Positions 59,848 through 64,000 of a stretch of DNA of 64,000 nt are shown here, one piece after another. Position 1 is the first letter of the stretch, and each line of letters opens with the position of its first letter. The position numbers and the translations under genes are program-made. Under the pieces are notes generated by a model, which saw nothing but the letters and a program-made list of their open reading frames with translations, ran no database searches and was not told the origin of the DNA. The stretch lies in assembly GCF_009834535.1 (NCBI RefSeq), contig NC_045696.1, forward strand, positions 113,152,001-113,216,000, in the 5' to 3' direction. The stretch is from Camelus ferus. Its lineage: Eukaryota.

Positions 59848-62800
59848 AGGATTTTTGTATGGCTGAATAATATTTCATTGTATGCATATCATATTTTCTG
59901 TGTTCATTCATTCATCAACAGATTCTTAGGTTGTTTTCATGTCTTGGCTGTTGTCAATAACATTGAAATTGGAGTGCAGATATCTCTTCAAGATAGTGAT
60001 TTTGTTACCTTTGAACATATACCCAGAAGTGAAACTGCTGAATCATACGGTATTTCTATTTTCAGTTTTTTGAGGCATCTGCATGCTGTTTTCCACAGTG
60101 ACTGCACCAATGTACATTCTCAGGGCTTGCTTATCTCACATCCTCATGAACACTTGTCATCTTGTCTTTTTGTTGATAGCCATTCTAACAAGTGTGAGAT
60201 GCTATCTTATCATTGTTTTGACTTGCATTCTCATGATAATTGGTAATGTTGAGAAACTTTTTATACATCTGTTGTCCATTTCTGCGTCTTCTTTGGAAAA
60301 AAAAAAATCTGTTCAGCCCCTCTGCCCATTTTTTTAACTTGGTTATTTGTTTTTGTTTTTGTTTTGCTATTGTGCTATTGTGTTATATGAGTTCCTTATA
60401 TATTTTGGATCTTAACATCTTATCAGATATATAGTGTGCAAATATTTTCTCTCATTCCATAGATAGATTTTTATTTTATTGATGATTTCCTTTGCTGTAC
60501 AGAAACATTCTGGTTTGATGTCATCCCATGTATTGTTTTTTTTTGCTTTTGTTGTCTGTGCTTTTGGCATCATATCCAAACAAATCACTGCCAAGACCAA
60601 CATAAAGGAGATTTTTCCCTGTTTTCTTCTATGAGTTTTATCATTTCAAGTCTTATATTTAAGTTTTTAATCTATTTCAAGTTGATTTTTGTGAGTGGTG
60701 TAAGGGTCCAATTTCATTCTTTCCATCTCTTTCAATATCCACATTACATGTAGATATCAGTTTTTCCACACCATTTATTGAAGAAATAAATCCTTTCCCC
60801 ATTGTGTATTCTTGGCACCCTGGTCAGAAATTAGTTGACCATATATGTGTGGGTTTACTTCTGAGCTATGTTTTTTGTTCCATTGGTCTATGTGTCTATT
60901 TTTATGCAGAACCACATTGTTTTGATTACTATAACTTTGTAATGTAATTTAAAATCAAGAATTGTGATATCTCCACCTTTGTCCTTATTTCTAAAGATTG
61001 CTTTGGGTATTTGAGGGGGTCTTTTGTGGTTTCATACAAATTTTAGGATTATTTCTTCTATTTCTTTGAAACAATGTTATAGAGATTTTGATAGGGATTG
61101 CATTGAATCTCTAGGTGGCTTTGGATAGAATGAACATTTTTACAACATTAATTCTTCTGATCCATGAATACAAGATACCTTTCCATTTATTTGTATCTTC
61201 TTCCATTTCTTTCATCAATGTTTTATTGTTTTCTGGGTACAGATTTTTCACCTCCTTGGTTAAATTTATTTCTAAATATTTTATTTTTTGATACTATCAT
61301 AAATAGAATTGTTTTTTAATTTCATTTTCACATAGTTTTCTGCTAGTGTATAAAATACAACTGATTTTTATATATTGGTTTTGTATCCTGCAACTTAACT
61401 GAATTCATTGATTAGTTCTAACAGTTTTTTGGTGGAGTTTTTAGGGTTCTTTTTATATTAGATTATGTCATCTGCAAACAGAGACAATTTAACTTATTGC
61501 CTAATTGCTCTGGTTAGGACTCCCAGAATTATATTGAATAGAATTAGTGAGAGTGGGCACCTTTGTCTTGTTCCTGATCTTAGAGAAAAAGCTTTCAGAT
61601 GTTAGCTGTGAGCTTGCCATTATAGGCCATTATTACGTTGAGATACTTCTTGCCTAATTGGTTGAGAGTTTTTGTCATAAAACAGTGTTGAAACTTGTCA
61701 CATGCTTCTTCTGACTCTTTTAAGATGATCATATGATTTTTATCTTTCATTCTATTAATGTGATGTATCACATGTCTTGATTTGTGGTGTTGAACTATAC
61801 TTGCATCACAGGAATAAATCCCACGTGATCAAGATGTATGGTCCTTTAACGTGCTGTTGAATTCAGTTTGTTCTTATTTTGTTGAGGACTTCTGCATCTA
61901 TGCTCATTAGGGATATTGGCCTGTAATTTTCTTTTTTCAGTGTCCTTATCTGGCTTTGGTATCAGGGTAACATTGGCCTCATACAATGAGTTTGGGAGTT
62001 TTCCCTCCTCTTAAGTTTTTGGGAAGATTTTGAAAAGGATTAGTGTTAATTCTTTCTTAAATAGTTGGTAGAATTTACCAGTGAAGCCAGATGGCCCAGA
62101 GCTTTTCTTTTTGGGAAGTTATAAAAATATTGTTTCAATCTCTTTACTTGTTATTGGCCTGTTCAGATTTTCCATTTCTTCATGAGTCATCTTGGTAAAC
62201 TGTAATTATGTAGAAATTTATCCATTTCTTTTAGGTGATCTGATTTGTAGGTGTATGATTGTTCACAGCAGTTTCTTATCCTTTATATTTCTGTGATATG
62301 TTATAATGTCTCTTTTCATTTATAATTTTATTTGAGTCCTCCTTTTTAGTTTTTGGTTAGTCTAGTCAAAGATTTGTCAATTTTGTTTATCTTTTTCTTT
62401 AATTTCTATTTTTGTTAATCTTTTCTATTGTCTTTCTAGTCTCTATTTCATTTATATCTGCTCTAATCTTTATTACTTCTTTCCTTCTGATAACTTTGGG
62501 TTTAGTTTGTTCTTCTTTTCTTAGTCTTTTGAAATGTAAATTTCAGTTGTTTGTGATCTTTCTTTTTTTCTTAATATAGTTGTTTATCACTATAAACTTC
62601 CCTCCTAGAAATGCTGTTGCTGCATTTTATAAGTTTTGATATGTTGTTATTTCCATATTCACTTGTCTCAAAATGCTTTTCGATTTCCCTTTGATTTCTT
62701 CTTTAACCTATTGGTTGTTCAGGAATGTGTTGTTTGATTTCCATATATTGATGAATTTTCCTATCTTCTTCCTGTTATTGATTTATAGTTTCATAGCATT

Positions 62801-64000
62801 ATTGTCAGATATTATACTTGATATGATTTCAGCCTTCTTAAATTTGTTAAGACTTGTTTTGTGGCCCAACATATGATCTCTCCTGGAGAATGATCTTTCC
62901 AGGAGAATGTGAGAAAAATGTGTATTCTGCTATTGGTTGAAATGTTCTGTATGTATCTGTTAGGTTCATTTGGTTTATAGTATTATTCATGTCCACTGTT
63001 TTCTTACTGATTTTCAGTCTGAATGATTTATCCATTGATGAAGGTAAAGTATTAAAGCCCCCTCCTTTTGTTGTATTGCTGTCTAATTTTCCCCTCAGGT
63101 CTATTAATATTTGCTTTGTATATTTAAGTGCTCCAATGTTGGGTGCATATATATTACAGTGGTTATATCTGCTTGATGAGTTGTTTTGTTTAGGAAATAA
63201 TTTTCTTGATTTCCAAGTAATTGCAGTTTTTCTTTTTATATATGTCTGCTTTTCTTTCTTTTTTAAATTTCTAAGTTGATTGTATTATGGGAAGATTATT
63301 TTGTCTCTAGGATTTTTACTTAATTTCTACCCTTGAAAAATTTCTTTCTCAGAAAACACTAGTCACATTTTATAATTATTTTGTTTTTATTTTGGTATTC
63401 TCTAATTACTCTCTTTTTGGTTATGACATTTGATATGTAATTCTAGATTAACATTATTAACAACATTTTAATATTCCTTCTTATTTTATATTTATTTAAT
63501 CCTTCAAGGAATGCAAGGTATGTTAAGGTCTTCATCTTCTATTGTGTTTCCATTTATTTTGCCTTGAACATTCTTCACTTTAATTTCATGTTACTGTGTT
63601 GTGTTACTTGGAGCATAAAAATTCATAAGAGTCATATTTTCTACTTCATAAATAATTTTAAGGCAGATGGAGACTGAAGAATTGGGCCAACAAGCAGTTT
63701 TTCTAAGCAGTTTTATCTGAGAAAATCTCATAGTTGAAAACTTCTCAAGGGGTACAAGGAGCTGATGAAAGTGTACTTGTGAGTGAGCCAAGAACAAATG
63801 TATGTAGTAATAAGATGCTTTATTAATTAGGAAAAATGTTAAGAGGATATATGTGCTTTTTGGTATTTTAATGCCTTCTTCCCAGAGTTTGGTTCTTCTG
63901 GTTATGTGATAAAAGGCAGCAATGTATCTTGTCTATGAATCCAGCAACTAGCACAGTGCTTTGCCCTTGCTCTTGGTAGATATTTTGGTAATAGTTGTGA

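Larger units (their letters stand above)
58865..63183 (-). mobile_element. ~4.3 kb L1MA9/MA10-like element (decayed ORF2 + 3'UTR)
   Basis: 3' motifs gaaatgattaccacaatcaag, acacttaagatctactctcttagcaaatttt; decayed ORF2 pieces (FCTAKEII, DLTD.YRTF.P..EYTFFS-like). Confidence 0.85.

Noticed and set aside
1..64000. Strand bias of repeats as evidence for a host gene; prokaryote-style systems (CRISPR, operons, retrons)
   Set aside because: Young L1s occur on both strands in similar numbers, so host orientation cannot be inferred. The DNA is mammalian and shows no repeat-spacer array or gene cluster.

Overview
Mammalian nuclear DNA, most likely camelid (alpaca/llama/camel). The evidence is tRNA-Ala-derived SINEs of the camelid vic-1 type and cetartiodactyl-type L1 3' ends, with no ruminant Bov-tA/BovB, pig PRE-1 or primate Alu seen. 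The window is intergenic or deep-intronic. I recognise no protein-coding exon, RNA gene, CpG island or CRISPR array, and the listed ORFs are either decayed L1 ORF2 fragments or chance ORFs. Much of the sequence is interspersed repeats of many ages: L1 (ancient L1ME/MB/MA plus young lineage copies with target-site duplications, TSDs), L2, MIR, MLT1 and ERV1-like solo LTRs, hAT-Charlie elements (MER3/5/20/58/102/112) and MARNA. I found no convincing new biological system. The most interesting structures are (1) an ancient L1 with apparent 5'-inversion geometry and a stack of nested insertions, (2) a young twin-primed L1, (3) a tail-less head-on L1/L1 fusion suggesting a deletion, (4) two SINE dimers each within one TSD pair, and (5) a CpG-rich hairpin/direct-repeat cluster at 43.5 kb. 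Repeat subfamily names come from remembered consensus motifs, not from a search, and boundaries without TSDs are approximate.
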